Shown here: positions 15,057 to 31,042 of the stretch, in pieces
How positions within the stretch are numbered: position 1 is the first letter of the stretch
How the letters are laid out: each line of letters begins with the position of its first letter
Origin: the human T2T-CHM13v2.0 reference genome, Homo sapiens
DNA length: 64,000 nucleotides
Assembly (NCBI RefSeq): GCF_009914755.1
Contig: NC_060940.1
Direction: 5' to 3' (one strand)
The notes under the pieces: model-generated
Seen by the model: only the letters and a program-made list of their open reading frames with translations
What the model was told of the DNA's origin: nothing
The model's database searches: none
Position numbers and translations under genes: made by a program

Positions 15057-15356
15057 TAGCTGGGCGCGGTGGCTCACACCTGTAATCCCAGCACTTTGGA
15101 GGGCTGAGGCAGGTGGATCAGTTGAGCCCAGGAATTCAATACTAGCCTGGCCAACGTGACAAAACCTTGTCTCTACTAAAAATACAAAAATTAGCTGGGT
15201 GTGGTGGTGTGCACCTGTAGTCCCAGCTACTCAGGAGGCTGAGGCAGGAGGATCACTTGAGACCAGGAGTTTGCGGCTACAGTAAGCTAGGATCGTGCCA
15301 CTGCACTGGAGCCTGGGCAAGACTGAGACTCTGTCTCTGGGAAAAAAGAAAAAAAA
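15057..15356 (+). mobile_element. Alu
   Basis: Alu consensus with A tail. Confidence 0.9.
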
Positions 15357-15697
15357 GAGATGTTGCAAAGGAGGTGCCCTATTCCCCTCCCTCCATCTTA
15401 CTGAACCCTTACACCACGTGTACTATTGCAGAATGGATAGAACCGTGACCCACACTTCCCCATTCCCACCTGCCTGTTTAAATAGCTACCGGAGAGCCTA
15501 TGCTCCCTTAGAACTGATTCCTTCTGGAAGTTGGGGTGGCACAGATCCCCCTATGGTGCTCTTGACACCCCCACCCTCACCCCATCATACATACACATCT
15601 GGGGCTACAGGCTCCCAACAGCCCAATACTGGGGCAAGAAGACATGAGCAGAGGGCCGGGGGGTCCTCTCCTCATGCCATGTCCCTGCCCCTTGCAG

Positions 15698-17348
15698 AGT
15701 TGGCCAAGAAGTACCTGCAGCTCCTGCGGACCTCTGCCCAGCAGCGCTACAGGAGCCAAATCCCTGGGTCAGGGCAGCCCCACGCCTTCCACCAGGTCTA
15801 TGTCCCTCCAATCCTGCGCCGGGCCACAGCATCCTTAGACACTCCGGAGGGGGCCATTATGGGGGACGTCAAGGTGGAAGATGGTGCTGACGTGAGCATC
15901 TCGGACCTCTTCAACACCAGGGTTAACAAGGGCCCGAGGGTGACCGTGCTTTTGGGGAAGGCTGGCATGGGCAAGACCACGCTGGCCCACCGGCTCTGCC
16001 AGAAGTGGGCAGAGGGCCATCTGAACTGTTTCCAGGCCCTGTTCCTTTTTGAATTCCGCCAGCTCAACTTGATCACGAGGTTCCTGACACCGTCCGAGCT
16101 CCTTTTTGATCTGTACCTGAGCCCTGAATCGGACCACGACACTGTCTTCCAGTACCTGGAGAAGAACGCTGACCAAGTCCTGCTGATCTTTGATGGGCTA
16201 GATGAGGCCCTCCAGCCTATGGGTCCTGATGGCCCAGGCCCAGTCCTCACCCTTTTCTCCCATCTCTGCAATGGGACCCTCCTGCCTGGCTGCCGGGTGA
16301 TGGCTACCTCCCGTCCAGGGAAGCTGCCTGCCTGCCTGCCTGCAGAGGCAGCCATGGTCCACATGTTGGGCTTTGATGGGCCACGGGTGGAAGAATATGT
16401 GAATCACTTCTTCAGCGCCCAGCCATCGCGGGAGGGGGCCCTGGTGGAGTTACAGACAAATGGACGTCTCCGAAGCCTGTGTGCGGTGCCCGCACTGTGC
16501 CAAGTCGCCTGTCTCTGCCTCCACCATCTGCTTCCTGACCACGCCCCAGGCCAGTCTGTGGCCCTCCTGCCCAACATGACTCAGCTCTATATGCAGATGG
16601 TGCTCGCCCTCAGCCCCCCTGGGCACTTGCTCACCTCGTCCCTACTGGACCTGGGGGAGGTGGCCCTGAGGGGCCTGGAGACAGGGAAGGTTATCTTCTA
16701 TGCAAAAGATATTGCTCCACCCTTGATAGCTTTTGGGGCCACTCACAGCCTGCTGACCTCCTTCTGCGTCCGCACAGGCCCTGGGCACCAGCAGACAGGC
16801 TATGCTTTCACCCACCTCAGCCTGCAGGAGTTTCTTGCTGCCCTGCACCTGATGGCCAGCCCCAAGGTGAACAAAGACACACTTACCCAGTATGTTACCC
16901 TCCATTCCCGCTGGGTACAGCGGACCAAAGCTAGACTGGGCCTCTCAGACCACCTCCCCACCTTCCTGGCGGGCCTGGCATCCTGCACCTGCCGCCCCTT
17001 CCTTAGCCACCTGGCGCAGGGCAATGAGGACTGTGTGGGTGCCAAGCAGGCTGCTGTAGTGCAGGTGTTGAAGAAGTTGGCCACCCGCAAGCTCACAGGG
17101 CCAAAGGTTGTAGAGCTGTGTCACTGTGTGGATGAGACACAGGAGCCTGAGCTGGCCAGTCTCACCGCACAAAGCCTCCCCTATCAACTGCCCTTCCACA
17201 ATTTCCCACTGACCTGCACCGACCTGGCCACCCTGACCAACATCCTAGAGCACAGGGAGGCCCCCATCCACCTGGATTTTGATGGCTGTCCCCTGGAGCC
17301 CCACTGCCCTGAGGCTCTGGTAGGCTGTGGGCAGATAGAGAATCTCAG
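15698..17348 (+). CDS. NLRC5: NLRC5 coding exon 4, NACHT domain
   Basis: Walker A GKAGMGKT (15955-15978), Walker B LLIFDGLDE, FTHLSLQEFLAA motif; 1651 nt; gcag|...|gtgagt. Confidence 0.98.
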
Positions 17349-18401
17349 GTGAGTAAGAGTGGAGGAGGACCGGGGAGGGGATTGGGCTTTTGGGGGAGCA
17401 GAGGCCAACCAGTCTAGCAAACCTCTGCCAAGAGGACTGGATAAGAATCTTGAATATCAGAACATAATGGCCTGCAATGCAAGAGAGGAAGCTCCATACC
17501 TTGACAGGACCTCTGGAGTCCAAATGGATCCTCCTCTTGTCTGTGGTTTCTGGACTCTCAGTCTCTCTGTCAATCATGGGCTGAAACCACAGATCCAGGC
17601 TGTCTATAGAGGCTGGTGGACTTTGGGCAAGTGTATGGAGCACACACATGCACACTGTCTAGGCCAGAGTTTCTTCGTTCCTAAAACGAATCTGTAACAA
17701 TAGCCAACTCATATGGTCATTGCAAGAATGAGATGGGATGGTGCATGAAAAACATTTTGTAGCACAGTGCCTAGCACAGAGCAAAGGCTCAGTGTGCATA
17801 TTAGCTAGAGAAAAGGCTAGGCTGCAGTAACAGAGAAACCTCCTCCCCAAATACAGTAGGTTAAATAATGTAGAATTTTATTTCTCTCTCATGGAAGAGT
17901 CAGAGGTAGGTGGTCCAGGTCAGTGGAATGGCTCAGCTCCACGCAGTCATGCAGGTACCCAGGTCCCTCCCATTTTGCTCCATTATCCCCTTGGGAATCC
18001 TATCTGCACAGTCAAAGCTACGTCATGGGTATATCTGTGCTCTGGCTTGGGAACAAGGAAAGAGCATGGAGGAACATGTCAATGCATTAAAGTTCAGTCC
18101 TGAAACTAGGATACATCCCTTCCACTCACATTCCATTGGTGAGAACATAGTCACCTGGCCACACTGAGCTGCAAGGGAGGCTGGGAAATGTGATCTCTGG
18201 CTGGGAAACCATGTTCCTCATGATAGCTCTATTGCTGTAGATGAAGTGGAGAATGGGCTTTGGTGGACGATTAGAAGTCTCGGCCATAATATGTATTTGT
18301 TAGTACTACTGTATTAAGCCCCATCTCTCTGAGGGGATGGCGATGACTTCTCAGCTCTGCCCAGCACTGATCCTCTGACACTTCGCTTCTTCTTATGGCA
18401 G

Positions 18402-18485
18402 CTTTAAGAGCAGGAAGTGTGGGGATGCCTTTGCAGAAGCCCTCTCCAGGAGCTTGCCGACAATGGGGAGGCTGCAGATGCTGGG
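18402..18485 (+). CDS. NLRC5: NLRC5 LRR exon
   Basis: FKSRKCGDAFAEALSRSLPTMGRLQML; 84 nt. Confidence 0.95.
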
Positions 18486-18631
18486 GTGAGCCAGGCCTTG
18501 GAGCTGAGAAGGGTCTTCAGCTGGGGATGCCTGGTACTCTCCTCCCTCTCCTTAATCCTACACAAGGCAGATTCCTGGCCCCGCCCTTTTCCCCTCCTCG
18601 TTCCTCCCCACCATCTTTGCTTACTCTGTAG

Positions 18632-18715
18632 GTTAGCAGGAAGTAAAATCACTGCCCGAGGCATCAGCCACCTGGTGAAAGCTTTGCCTCTCTGTCCACA
18701 GCTGAAAGAAGTCAG
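18632..18715 (+). CDS. NLRC5: NLRC5 LRR exon
   Basis: LAGSKITARGISHLVKALPLCPQLKEV; 84 nt. Confidence 0.95.
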
Positions 18716-20102
18716 GTGAGTGATCTCCAGGAGGGCTCACTGACTGGGGAGATGAGCCACTGCCCAGGTCCCAGAGTCCCCCTGGGGCCTGCATGTTCCT
18801 CCAAGTCTGACCAGTAGTTTTTCAGTGAGACCCAGAGAGGGAAGGCATCAGTCCAAGTACTCAGTAGGGCTGAGTCCAAACCCAAGGCTCCCAGAGTCCC
18901 CAGAGCAAGGCTTCCTTCATCTAATATTTTAGACTGTCTTGGAGGAGCATGAGTGTTAAGGCTCCCTCCCTCTTTCTGAAATCCCAGGAGAAGGGATAGC
19001 AGTGCGTAGGCAGGAATCAGGCACTGTGGGTACACATAACTACATGAAGCACCACACACCTTCACATTTGTTCACACATGTCTACACTTGCACAGAAGTA
19101 CACAGGCATATGCAAGAATATGCACCCACACATGCCCACTCATAGGTGTGCACATGTATGCAGCGCACACATGCACCTTTAACTACATGTACACATTTTG
19201 ATGCCAGCACACTCTAACTAACTAAGCTTGTATGCACAAATATACTCCTGCCCTGTGTCTGGGACTCAGTACCATGGGGAGGAGTGGGACCAGTGACCCT
19301 CCTCCCTGGCAGAACGCTGCTAGTTTATATGGCACCTTTATGACATTTAGAGAAGGCACCACTTCATCCACATAGATGCAGCCTGTCACTAAGGCTCAGC
19401 ACTTGTTGAGTGAAAATAATAAGTTGGACCACAGTCCCTATTGTCGTCTCGGCTGGGCATCTGTGAACCGTGATTAAGCCAAGGTTCAGAAGTACTGAAC
19501 TTGTTGACATTTTTCTTCCCTGGCTATTGAAAGTGACTTTAATTTTGTCTTTCATCACCCACCATTGTTCTTAATCACCCTCACTCCCCTCAACTCATCT
19601 GTCTCCCCAGCTAGGAACCCAGGCAAGGCTGGCTTGTGAACAGGTGGGGAAAGTGAGGTCAGAGAGGAATGCGCTTGGCTCAGGGCTCTGGGTGAGTCAG
19701 GGCCACAGCCGAGGCTGGAAGCGATGTCTGCAGCGTCCCAGTCTAGACTTTACTCATTGCCTGGGGGGCCTATCCCAGGCACATCCCAGGCATAAGCCCT
19801 GGGAGCAGGGTGCTAGGTCTCCTCATTGTGCCTCATGAAGAGGCCGTCAGTCTGTCTTCTAGATCCCTTGAGCCGCCAGGCAAAAACTTCCCCATAGGAA
19901 CAGAATAGACCCAGAATTGAGGCCAGCAGAGGGTCTTTCCTCCTAGCCGTGCCTGCTGGAATCCGGCGAGCAGGCCATCAGCTCTTTCTGGGCCCCTGTC
20001 TTATGTCTCCCACATGAGGGTGGCCATCCTGTCACTTGCTAACTGGGGCTTGCAAGTGCCCCAACCCCAGGGCAAAGGGACTGGGCCTTGGTCTCCTCGC
20101 AG

Positions 20103-20186
20103 TTTTCGGGACAACCAGCTCAGTGACCAGGTGGTGCTGAACATTGTGGAGGTTCTCCCTCACCTACCACGGCTCCGGAAGCTTGA
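20103..20186 (+). CDS. NLRC5: NLRC5 LRR exon
   Basis: FRDNQLSDQVVLNIVEVLPHLPRLRKL; 84 nt. Confidence 0.95.
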
Positions 20187-20324
20187 GTAAGTGATCTTTC
20201 CACTGCCTCTGCAGCCCAGTCCCTCTCTATACCTGATTCACCCCACTCCCTTGCAAGGCAAGGAAGGTCTGGGGCCCCTGGGGTAGGGGATTCCACTCCT
20301 GACACCTTTGCCACAATCTTGCAG

Positions 20325-20414
20325 CCTGAGCAGCAACAGCATCTGCGTGTCAACCCTACTCTGCTTGGCAAGGGTGGCAGTCACGTGTCCTACCGTCAGG
20401 ATGCTTCAGGCCAG
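20325..20414 (+). CDS. NLRC5: NLRC5 LRR exon
   Basis: LSSNSICVSTLLCLARVAVTCPTVRMLQA; 90 nt. Confidence 0.95.
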
Positions 20415-20601
20415 GTGAGCAGAAGGAAAGGGATCTTGGCCTTATGGGCCTTGAGAAAAGAGGAGGGGAAAGTGGGATGGGAAATGGAGGAGGCCCCTCG
20501 TCTGCAGGATAAATCTGTGCATACCCTACTGTTTTACTCACAGCTTTACCTTCAGAACCTAGCTCAGGCTTGGCACCTGGTACTTGGTATATATTGAATT
20601 A

Positions 20602-20998
20602 ATGGATGGATGAAAAGATGGATGTATGGATGGATGGCTGAAAAGATGGATGGGTGGATGAAAAGATGGATGGATGAATGGATGGCTGAAAAGATGGATG
20701 GGTGGATGAAAAGATGGATGGATGGATGGATGGATGGATGGATGGCTGAAAAGATGGATGGGTGGATGAAAAGATGGATGGATGGATGGACGGATGGATG
20801 GATGAAAAGATGGATGGGTGGATGAAAAGATGGATGGATGGATGGATGGATGGAAAGATTGATGGGTGGATGAAAAGATGAATGGATGGATGGATAGATG
20901 AATGGATGGATGGATAGATGGCTAGCTGAAAAGATGGATAGGTGTGTGAAAAGATGGATGGATGGATGGATGGATGGATGGATGGATGGATGAAGGAA
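20602..20998. repeat. (TGGA)n tract with periodic GAAAAGA interruptions
   Basis: Direct reading. Confidence 0.95.
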
Positions 20999-21163
20999 TG
21001 AGTCAACAAGTCTACGAAGCACAGGCATAGCCAAAGGAATAATTAGCTGTGTGTTGCCCTCCATGGTGCTGAACCAATATAGCCAGTTTTGATCATGGGG
21101 TAGGTTAGGTGTCATTTTTCTTACTCATAAAAATTTCTATTAAAAAAAATTCAGCCGGGCTCA

Positions 21164-21455
<292 letters not shown>

Positions 21456-21729
21456 TCACAACATTTTTAATTTTTATTATATTTCTTGTGAAAATTGTTT
21501 TTCTGACTTTTTAAAACACTCTTGCAGGATTCATCAAGCAAAGACATAATCAGTATTTCACATGCCTGATTTAAAACACTTTTGCTAGTTCCGTTATGTT
21601 TCCCTGTCAATTGCAAAATCAGCTTTATCTGGATGTTTGAACATTTGGGGCAGAAAAGGGTGTGCCTGTGGTGGGTGATGTGCTGGTTTCCAGTCTCTGG
21701 GTTTCATGGCTTGGTATCTGATCCTGCAG

Positions 21730-21789
21730 GGAGGCGGACCTCATCTTCCTTCTTTCCCCGCCCACAGAGACAACTGCAGAGCTACAAAG
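21730..21789 (+). CDS. NLRC5: NLRC5 exon
   Basis: EADLIFLLSPPTETTAELQ; 60 nt. Confidence 0.93.
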
Positions 21790-22769
21790 GTAAGAAGCCA
21801 AGAGGCGGTGGGCCTGGGGCCATCCTTAGAAGCAACTTGGGCTCAGGCAGTTGAGGGGAAAGGTGACCAAGAGACTAGGAAGAGCTGGGGTATGGGAATT
21901 CTTCCTGCTACTGCTGCACTGAGGAATGAATTACTGCTTAGGTTGGCAAAGGATTTTAACTTCCTCTAGCGTGTCCAGACCACATCTGGTCCCTGTGGAA
22001 GGAAGCATCCCCAGAAGACTCAGAGGAAGGCAAACCCTTGGGGAGAACATAAAGATACTGTTAGACTGGCATTACTAGATGGTGAAAACTCTGGAAAAGC
22101 CCTTACAACTGAAAAAAGACAGGGAGGGCAATTATGGTACCTACATCTTAGGGTTGTTCTGAGAATTAAATGAGTTACTACACTTAAGGAGTTTAGAGCA
22201 CTGTTGGCATGCAGTGGGCAGTCAAATGCTGGCTATTCCAGCTGTGCATGGATTCCAGCTTGGCCAGTCTTGGATGGGCTGAGAAAAGGGAGCTGCTTTT
22301 CCCTAAAAGACCATCCCAACTGTGCTCTACCACACTTTGCTCTCCTGGCTAAGACTCAGAGACAGATGTATGTATGCCCCTGAGCAATCTCTTTCCCTTC
22401 TCTGGATCTCGATTCCTTGCTTGTATAATGACCTGGTAGTGTAGGACCAATGTTGCTGGGTGCGGTGGCTCATGCCTGTAATCCTAGCACTTTGGAACGC
22501 CAAGCACGAGAATCTCTTGATTCCAGGTGTTCAAGACCAGCCTGGGCAACATAGCAAGACCCCATCTCTAAAAAAAAAAGGCAGGCGTGGTGGTGCACAC
22601 CTGTAGTCCCAGCTACTCAAGATGCTGACGTTGGGAGGATCGCTTGAGCCTGGGAGCTTGAGCCATGATCACACCACTGTACTCCAGCCTGGGTGACAGA
22701 GAGGGACTCTGTCTCAAAAAATGACCCACTAGGACCAGTGTCACTTTCTTTTCCCTCTAACTGCTTAAA

Positions 22770-23155
<386 letters not shown>

Positions 23156-23929
23156 CTACAAAAAAAAAAAAAAAATAGCTGGGCATGGTGATTCACTCCT
23201 ATAGTACCAGTTACTCAGGAAGCCAAGGTGGGAGGATCACTTGAGCCCAGGAGTTTGAGGCTGCAGTGAACTGGGATAGAGCCACTGCACTCCAGCTTGG
23301 GGACTGAGTGGGACCCTGTCTCTAAAAAAAAAAAAATGGTTAGCACCAATCCAAAAAGTCTGTGAAACCTGGCTCATGATGTCCTAGCTTCCCTGCATCC
23401 CCTAACGCTCCCTCAGCCCAGTGGGAGAGAGTCTGTGGTTTACCATAGCCTGGACTCACTGCATACAGCTCATGCTCCTCGCCTTCTGAACCACAGACAG
23501 CACATCCACAAATGGAGACCATCACATCATCGACAATAGCAGCTTCTGTTTACTAACCTTCGATTTTACACCTATGCTGGGTACTTGGACATACATTGTC
23601 TCATTCAATCCTTCAGGTACCTATGTGCTAGATGTTGTCATCCGTTTTAGAAAAGAGAAAAGGGAGCCGACTGCAGTGATTTGCCCAAGGCCACATGGCT
23701 ATACATGGCAGAGCCAAAATTTGAATAAAGGTTCCATTTGACCTCAAACCTGTTGCCCCTCCTGCTCTGCTGAATCACATCTTGAGCATCTGCAAGCAGT
23801 CTCCTTTGTTACCGACTCACTTTGGGTTGTGCTTCAGGGTCTTCAGCCTCTAGAAGCCAAGGAAAGAGGCTTGATCCACCAGGCCCTAGATGCCTGAGCC
23901 CAGGCCAATGCTTGATTTGTTCTTGCCAG

Positions 23930-23995
23930 AGCTCCAGACCTGCAGGAAAGTGACGGCCAGAGGAAAGGGGCTCAGAGCAGAAGCTTGACGCTCAG
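23930..23995 (+). CDS. NLRC5: NLRC5 exon
   Basis: APDLQESDGQRKGAQSRSLTL; 66 nt. Confidence 0.93.
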
Positions 23996-24493
23996 GTACC
24001 TTGGAGGGATCTATTGCCTTAGGAGAGGGATATGATATGGGGGAAAGTCCGAGGCAAGGGAGAGCAGGGGCAGGGAGGATAAAGGGAAAAGCAGATGAGG
24101 GACAGGGAAAGGATTAGCCGGGTGTGGTGCCCATCCTGGATAGCCCATCCTGGCTTGAATAAGGAGCATCTGTCATAATAACAATAGCTGCAACTTAATG
24201 GAACCGGCTATCTATATGCCGGGCATTGCACTAGATGTTTTACATCCATTACCTCACTGTAATTCCTTTAGAATCTCTGTGAAGTACACATTATTATTCC
24301 CCTTTGAGGGAGGAGGAAACTGAGTCTCAGACAGGTTAAGTCCCTTGCTCAAGATCACCCAGCTACTAAGAGGTGTGGCTAGGATTAGACCCAGGTCTGT
24401 GGGCCCCCTGACTCCCCCAGCATTGGAAGCTGGAGGGGCCATGGAGTAGGGGCTGTTTGCCCTGAGCCCTTCTGTCCCCCACTCCTACCCAAG

Positions 24494-24577
24494 GCTGCAG
24501 AAGTGTCAGCTCCAGGTCCATGATGCGGAGGCCCTCATAGCCCTGCTCCAGGAAGGCCCTCACCTGGAGGAAGTGGA
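24494..24577 (+). CDS. NLRC5: NLRC5 LRR exon
   Basis: LQKCQLQVHDAEALIALLQEGPHLEEV; 84 nt; AAG acceptor. Confidence 0.93.
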
Positions 24578-26425
24578 GTGAGTATCACGGGAAGCCCTGG
24601 CGTAGGAGCCAGGAAAGGAGGTTGGAGAGGGTGGGCAGGGCCTCGCCTTTGGGTGGGTGGTGTGGGGGAGGGGCATGCTGCCTCATGAAGAATTTGGGGG
24701 AATCAGATCATTGTAACAGCTGCTACTATTCAGCACTTGTCCCGGGTCAGGTGCTGTGCTAGGGACTGTACATGCCTCCTCGCATTCACTCCTCACATCT
24801 CTGTGATGTAAGCACTGTTACTGTCCTCATTTTATAGAGGAGGAAGTTAAGCTGCAGAAAGATAAACTTGCTCAAGGCCACACAGGTAGGAAGAGTCTAG
24901 GCTAGGGTTCAAGCCCAGACAGTCTGGCTCGCAGCCTCATCCTCATAACCACTGCTACCTCTCTTGCTGAGATCTGCCAAGTAGAAACCCCACCACACCT
25001 GGGTCTGCCTTCCAAACCACAGTCCCTCAGGGCTCCCCCCACCCCCTTCATCCTTCTCCCAGAGTAGAGTGGGATAACCTTCTCTTTTCGGGATGGAGAA
25101 ATTCCCATGGCGTCCAGCCCCTGGCTGAAGCCAATAAGAGTAGTGCTTGGGGATGGACGGAGGCTCTGTCACGACCCTAGGAGGGGCGCCCCTCCAGGAA
25201 ACCTCCAAGTGAACATGAAGGCAGATGATGGAACGCCAGGATGTGTTCTGGGTCGAGTGGCCCCACCTCAGGGTAAGACGGATAGGGGTGAGGGTTGTCG
25301 TGGTGATCACCTCTTGATCCTGGACCTCGTCCCATTGGGAGAACAAGGACAGAATTAGAAGGTGGTTTTTTAACAAGCTCACACACTTCTACCTGCCTCA
25401 CCAGCACTGAGCATGCCCCTCCCCGAGTGCCATCACCTGCAGAAGCAGCCCCATCACCCGCCTGGTTACGCAGCCACCTCCTAGCCCCCTTGCCCTTCTC
25501 CCACATTTAGTCCCTCCAGATGGACCTACTGGTAGCGCTCAAAACTATCCTCTTTTCCTCCACCTTTCTAGTCCAACCCACCCTCATCTCTTACCTGGAT
25601 GACCCCCTCGCCTTGCCTTCCTTGCTGGCTTCCCTGCTTTCACCCTGGCCACTTCCACCTGGCAGAGAGTAGATCACTTTTCACTGATGCCTGCCCCCTT
25701 CACTCCTTCCCACTGCTCAGGATAAAACCCACATTCTAAACTCCCAGGTGGTCCAGAACCCTGCCCCCAGCCTCCTAAACCCCATCTGACCCCATCCTTC
25801 CACTCAATCTCCAATCCAGACACACTGGCTCTCTTTCAGGTCCTCATATGTGTTATGCCACAGGGCCTTTGAATGTACTGCTTCTACCACCAGGAACACC
25901 CTTCCTCCATCTCTCCCCCAACCTTTTACCTACTGAACTCCCAGTTATTTCAGCAAGTAGCTTAAGCAACAAATAAGCCATCCCCGACTCCCAGACTAGG
26001 TCAGATGCCCCCATAATCATGAAGTTTATCACAAAAAGCAATTATGTAACTTGCAGCATAAAGGAAGAGTTGAGGGTGGGGCCTTGAAGGCAGGCTGCCT
26101 GGGTTCAAATCCAGGTTCTCCCTCGAGCAAGTGCCTTAACTTTACTCTGCACTTAACCACTCTGCACTTGAGTTTACTCATCAGTAAGGTGAGGATAATT
26201 ACAGTGCCCACGTCATCGGCACTATGAGGATGAAATAGGCCAATAGTCATAGAAGAACCTAGGATGTTGCCAGGCATGTGGTATGGAGTCTGTCGATTTC
26301 AGTTATTATCAAGGTTCATTCCTGAGAGTGACACTTTGACTAAAGTTAGCAAAGGAGGAGTAAGTGATGGGGATTGAGGGAGGACTCCAGCCCCACAATA
26401 CAGTGCATTGGGCCCCCCGTCTCAG

Positions 26426-26509
26426 CCTCTCAGGGAACCAGCTGGAAGATGAAGGCTGTCGGCTGATGGCAGAGGCTGCATCCCAGCTGCACATCGCCAG
26501 GAAGCTGGA
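26426..26509 (+). CDS. NLRC5: NLRC5 LRR exon
   Basis: LSGNQLEDEGCRLMAEAASQLHIARKL; 84 nt. Confidence 0.95.
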
Positions 26510-27520
26510 GTGAGTTGTCCACCCCACCGCTGGGTACCAGGGAAGGCCCTGTAGAGCCCCAGGAGGTCCCCGTGTTCGTAATCAGCAGTAAGGGTGCTGA
26601 TCCACTGCCACCCCTGCTTCCTCCCAACTCCAGCAAAGTCAAGATGGTTTGACCATGCCTTGCCTTCACCTCCGGCATGAGCCACTGTCTTAGTCCAATC
26701 ATCTAGCACCCTTACATGTGTAAAATGCGTTCATTATACATCAGTGGCTTGCATTCCAATTCATCTTTGTAGCTGCCCTGGAGCACGGTGGGGTGGGGTG
26801 TTGCACTGGGGAGGTGTCAGGGTGGGTGGGATGTTGCACTGTGGAGGTGTCATGCTGGGGTGCTAGGGTAGGGAGTGGTGTGTTCCTGTGGGGATACACT
26901 GTTGGGGTGAGGGGTGGTGAGATGGAAAGGTAGGCTATTAGGCTGCTGGGTGTGCTGTGGTGTTGCATGGGGTGAGGGTGATGTTTGGGTGGGGGTGTCT
27001 TGGGGGTCTTAGGATCAAGTGTGGGTCGGGGTTGGGGAGTGTTGAGATTGGGTAGCAGTGGTTTGGGGCCTCAGCTTTGGATTTCAATCTTGGCTCTGTC
27101 ACTTAGTAGCATTGTGAACCTGGGAAAGTAATTGAATGTCTCTGGGCCTCGGTTTCCCCTCTGTAAAATGGGATCACATGAAACCATATATGTACAAAGC
27201 CTTTTGTACAGAGTCTGGTATAGTCAGGGCTCAGAAAATGGTGGTTATTTTACAGATGAGAAAACTGGGGGTCAGAGAGGTGAAAACACTGAGTTCTTGC
27301 TGTCAAGCTGGACAACTTTATTTTCCAAGTGGGATGGGGGTGTCATGCATTTTTTGGCTTACTCACACGCACCAGAATCCTTTGAGATCCCCTGGCAAGG
27401 GACCTAGGACATCCAGGAGTGACAGCCAGCAAGCTGCTGAGCCACAGGGAGGGGCTAGAGCTGGCTGGGGCTGGGTACCTCAGCCACATGCCAACGGCTG
27501 CCTTCTCCTGCTCTCCACAG

Positions 27521-27610
27521 CCTCAGCGACAACGGGCTTTCTGTGGCCGGGGTGCATTGTGTGCTGAGGGCCGTGAGTGCGTGCTGGACCCTGGCAGAGC
27601 TGCACATCAG
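27521..27610 (+). CDS. NLRC5: NLRC5 LRR exon
   Basis: LSDNGLSVAGVHCVLRAVSACWTLAELHI; 90 nt. Confidence 0.95.
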
Positions 27611-28595
27611 GTGGGAGCTCCCCCAGACCACGGTACCCATCCCCCCCTATCATGCTCTCTCTGAAGCCCTTGGAATTCCTTCTGGGCCCAGGCCTTGGGA
27701 CGGGCAGAAGATGCTGCTGCTGTCCCACCCAGACCCCGTTACAGCCAGCACCCCTCTTCCTAGCTGCTGTGGATATAGGCTGCTCACGGTTTATACCTCT
27801 GGAGAACTACCCTTGGCTGATAAGAACCAGAGACGCCTGGCAGGGTACAATCCCCACTTCCCCCTAACCTAGAGTGGCCAATGACAGAGGCAGAGGGCAC
27901 AACTCTCCAGCCCAAACTCTCCAGTGGGACAAAGCTCCCTGGGAGACTAGGCCAAGGACTTGCTCCGTTTGGCTTCCCTCAGTCCCTTACTATTTCTCCT
28001 GAGAGCAGACCGTCAGTTCATGATGTGCGCAACTGACAAGTGACATGCGACCCCCTACCCCACTCACAGACCCAGGCTCTGCCACTAGGGAACCCAATCC
28101 TATTTCTGTAAGTCTCCCCGTTGAGTATGGGGAGGTGAGGACAGATGATGATTAATGTCAACTCAGTTCCCACTCGGAGGAAAGCCTCATTCTCAACCCA
28201 GTAGGGTGGTCCCTGCTTTAAACACCCCTCAAGGGAGGAGAGGGAAACCGATTCACCCAAAAGGTAGATTAGGGGACCTTGGTTCACTGTATATGATGAT
28301 TCAATAAAGGGTCCCTAGTGCATTCCAAGCGATGCCCTGTTCACTTCCAGGAACTTATACTAAATAAATTATCATGATTGTGCAAACACATTTAGCTGTA
28401 GGGATGTTCACCTCAGTATTGGTTATAATAGGAAAAAAAAAGAAAATAGCTGGAATGTTTAACCGAGGGATATTAGTTAGACTAAGTTACTTCCAGAGAG
28501 AACTCAGTGGAACCATAGAAAAAAAAATGATAATATAGGTGCAGTTTCAATATGGAGGGGTGACGGGGAGTTATTAAGTAAACATAAAGAAATTT

Positions 28596-30173
<1,578 letters not shown>

Positions 30174-30973
30174 GTAGGGCCCGATTTCACCCCAACTCCA
30201 TGCTCAGTCAGGGACATTCCCCTCTCTACCCTCCACAGCTGGGCAGTGCCAGTCAGTCAACTGCCAGGGTGACCTGGACAAATTCACGGAAGAGCGGGAA
30301 GTGAGCAGGCTTGGCAAAGGATGCAGCCCCAAAGGGGGAGGGTCCAAATCCAGACCACCTCCGCCTCTCATGGTGCCTGAAAGGAGCCCCAGTGTGTAGG
30401 ATATAGACAGCAGGCCAGGGCAGGAGTTGGGTAGCCAGAGGGGGATTCCGGGAGACTAGAGCCCTCCAGCTTAAACCCAGGGGATTGCCTGGCCTGTAGC
30501 TCTGGTCCTGGTCGGAACTTCTGTATCCCTTTCACACAAGGACCCATTAGGGTCCTGGATTGCCCCAGCCTAGCGCATGGGTAGAGACTCAGCTCTTTGC
30601 TCCCGGAGCCCACCCACAATCTCTTCTGTAGAGTCTGGACTACTGAAGGCTCGATTCCAGCTGGGGCTGACATCTCTGAAGCACAGATGAGGAGGAGGAT
30701 GAGATTAATGATAATAGCAGTCAAGGTCAATTGAGTACTTGCCATGTATGCACCAAGCACCAAACTAAGGCAGTTCACATACAGTCTCCCATTGAGAGGC
30801 TGTGATTTGTCCAGGGTCACACAACCAGGAAGTGGAGAAGCCAAATTGGCACCAAGGTCTGATTGACTCTAGGTGGAGGATAGGGCTCGATGGTGGAAGG
30901 CCAGGCTGAGGATGGATTCTGGAGATGGCGGACATGGCCTTTGCTCAGCCTGGCCTTGGTGATGTCCCTCCAG

Positions 30974-31042
30974 GGCTGCATTTCTTGACAGCCTCATGCT
31001 CCAGATGCCCTCTGAGCTGCCTCTGAGCTCCCGAAGGATGAG
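30974..31042 (+). CDS. NLRC5: NLRC5 exon
   Basis: AAFLDSLMLQMPSELPLSSRRM; 69 nt. Confidence 0.93.

Noticed and set aside
15295-15697. N-terminal 134 codons of the 685-aa ORF
   Set aside because: Starts within an Alu at GTG; intronic sequence upstream of the real acceptor at 15698
15798-17420. Antisense ORFs over the NACHT exon
   Set aside because: Expected shadows of GC-rich coding sequence; no recognisable product
20564-21115. HPSI/WMDG repeat ORFs; also THTH ORFs at 50636-51095
   Set aside because: Translations of (TGGA)n and (CA)n repeats
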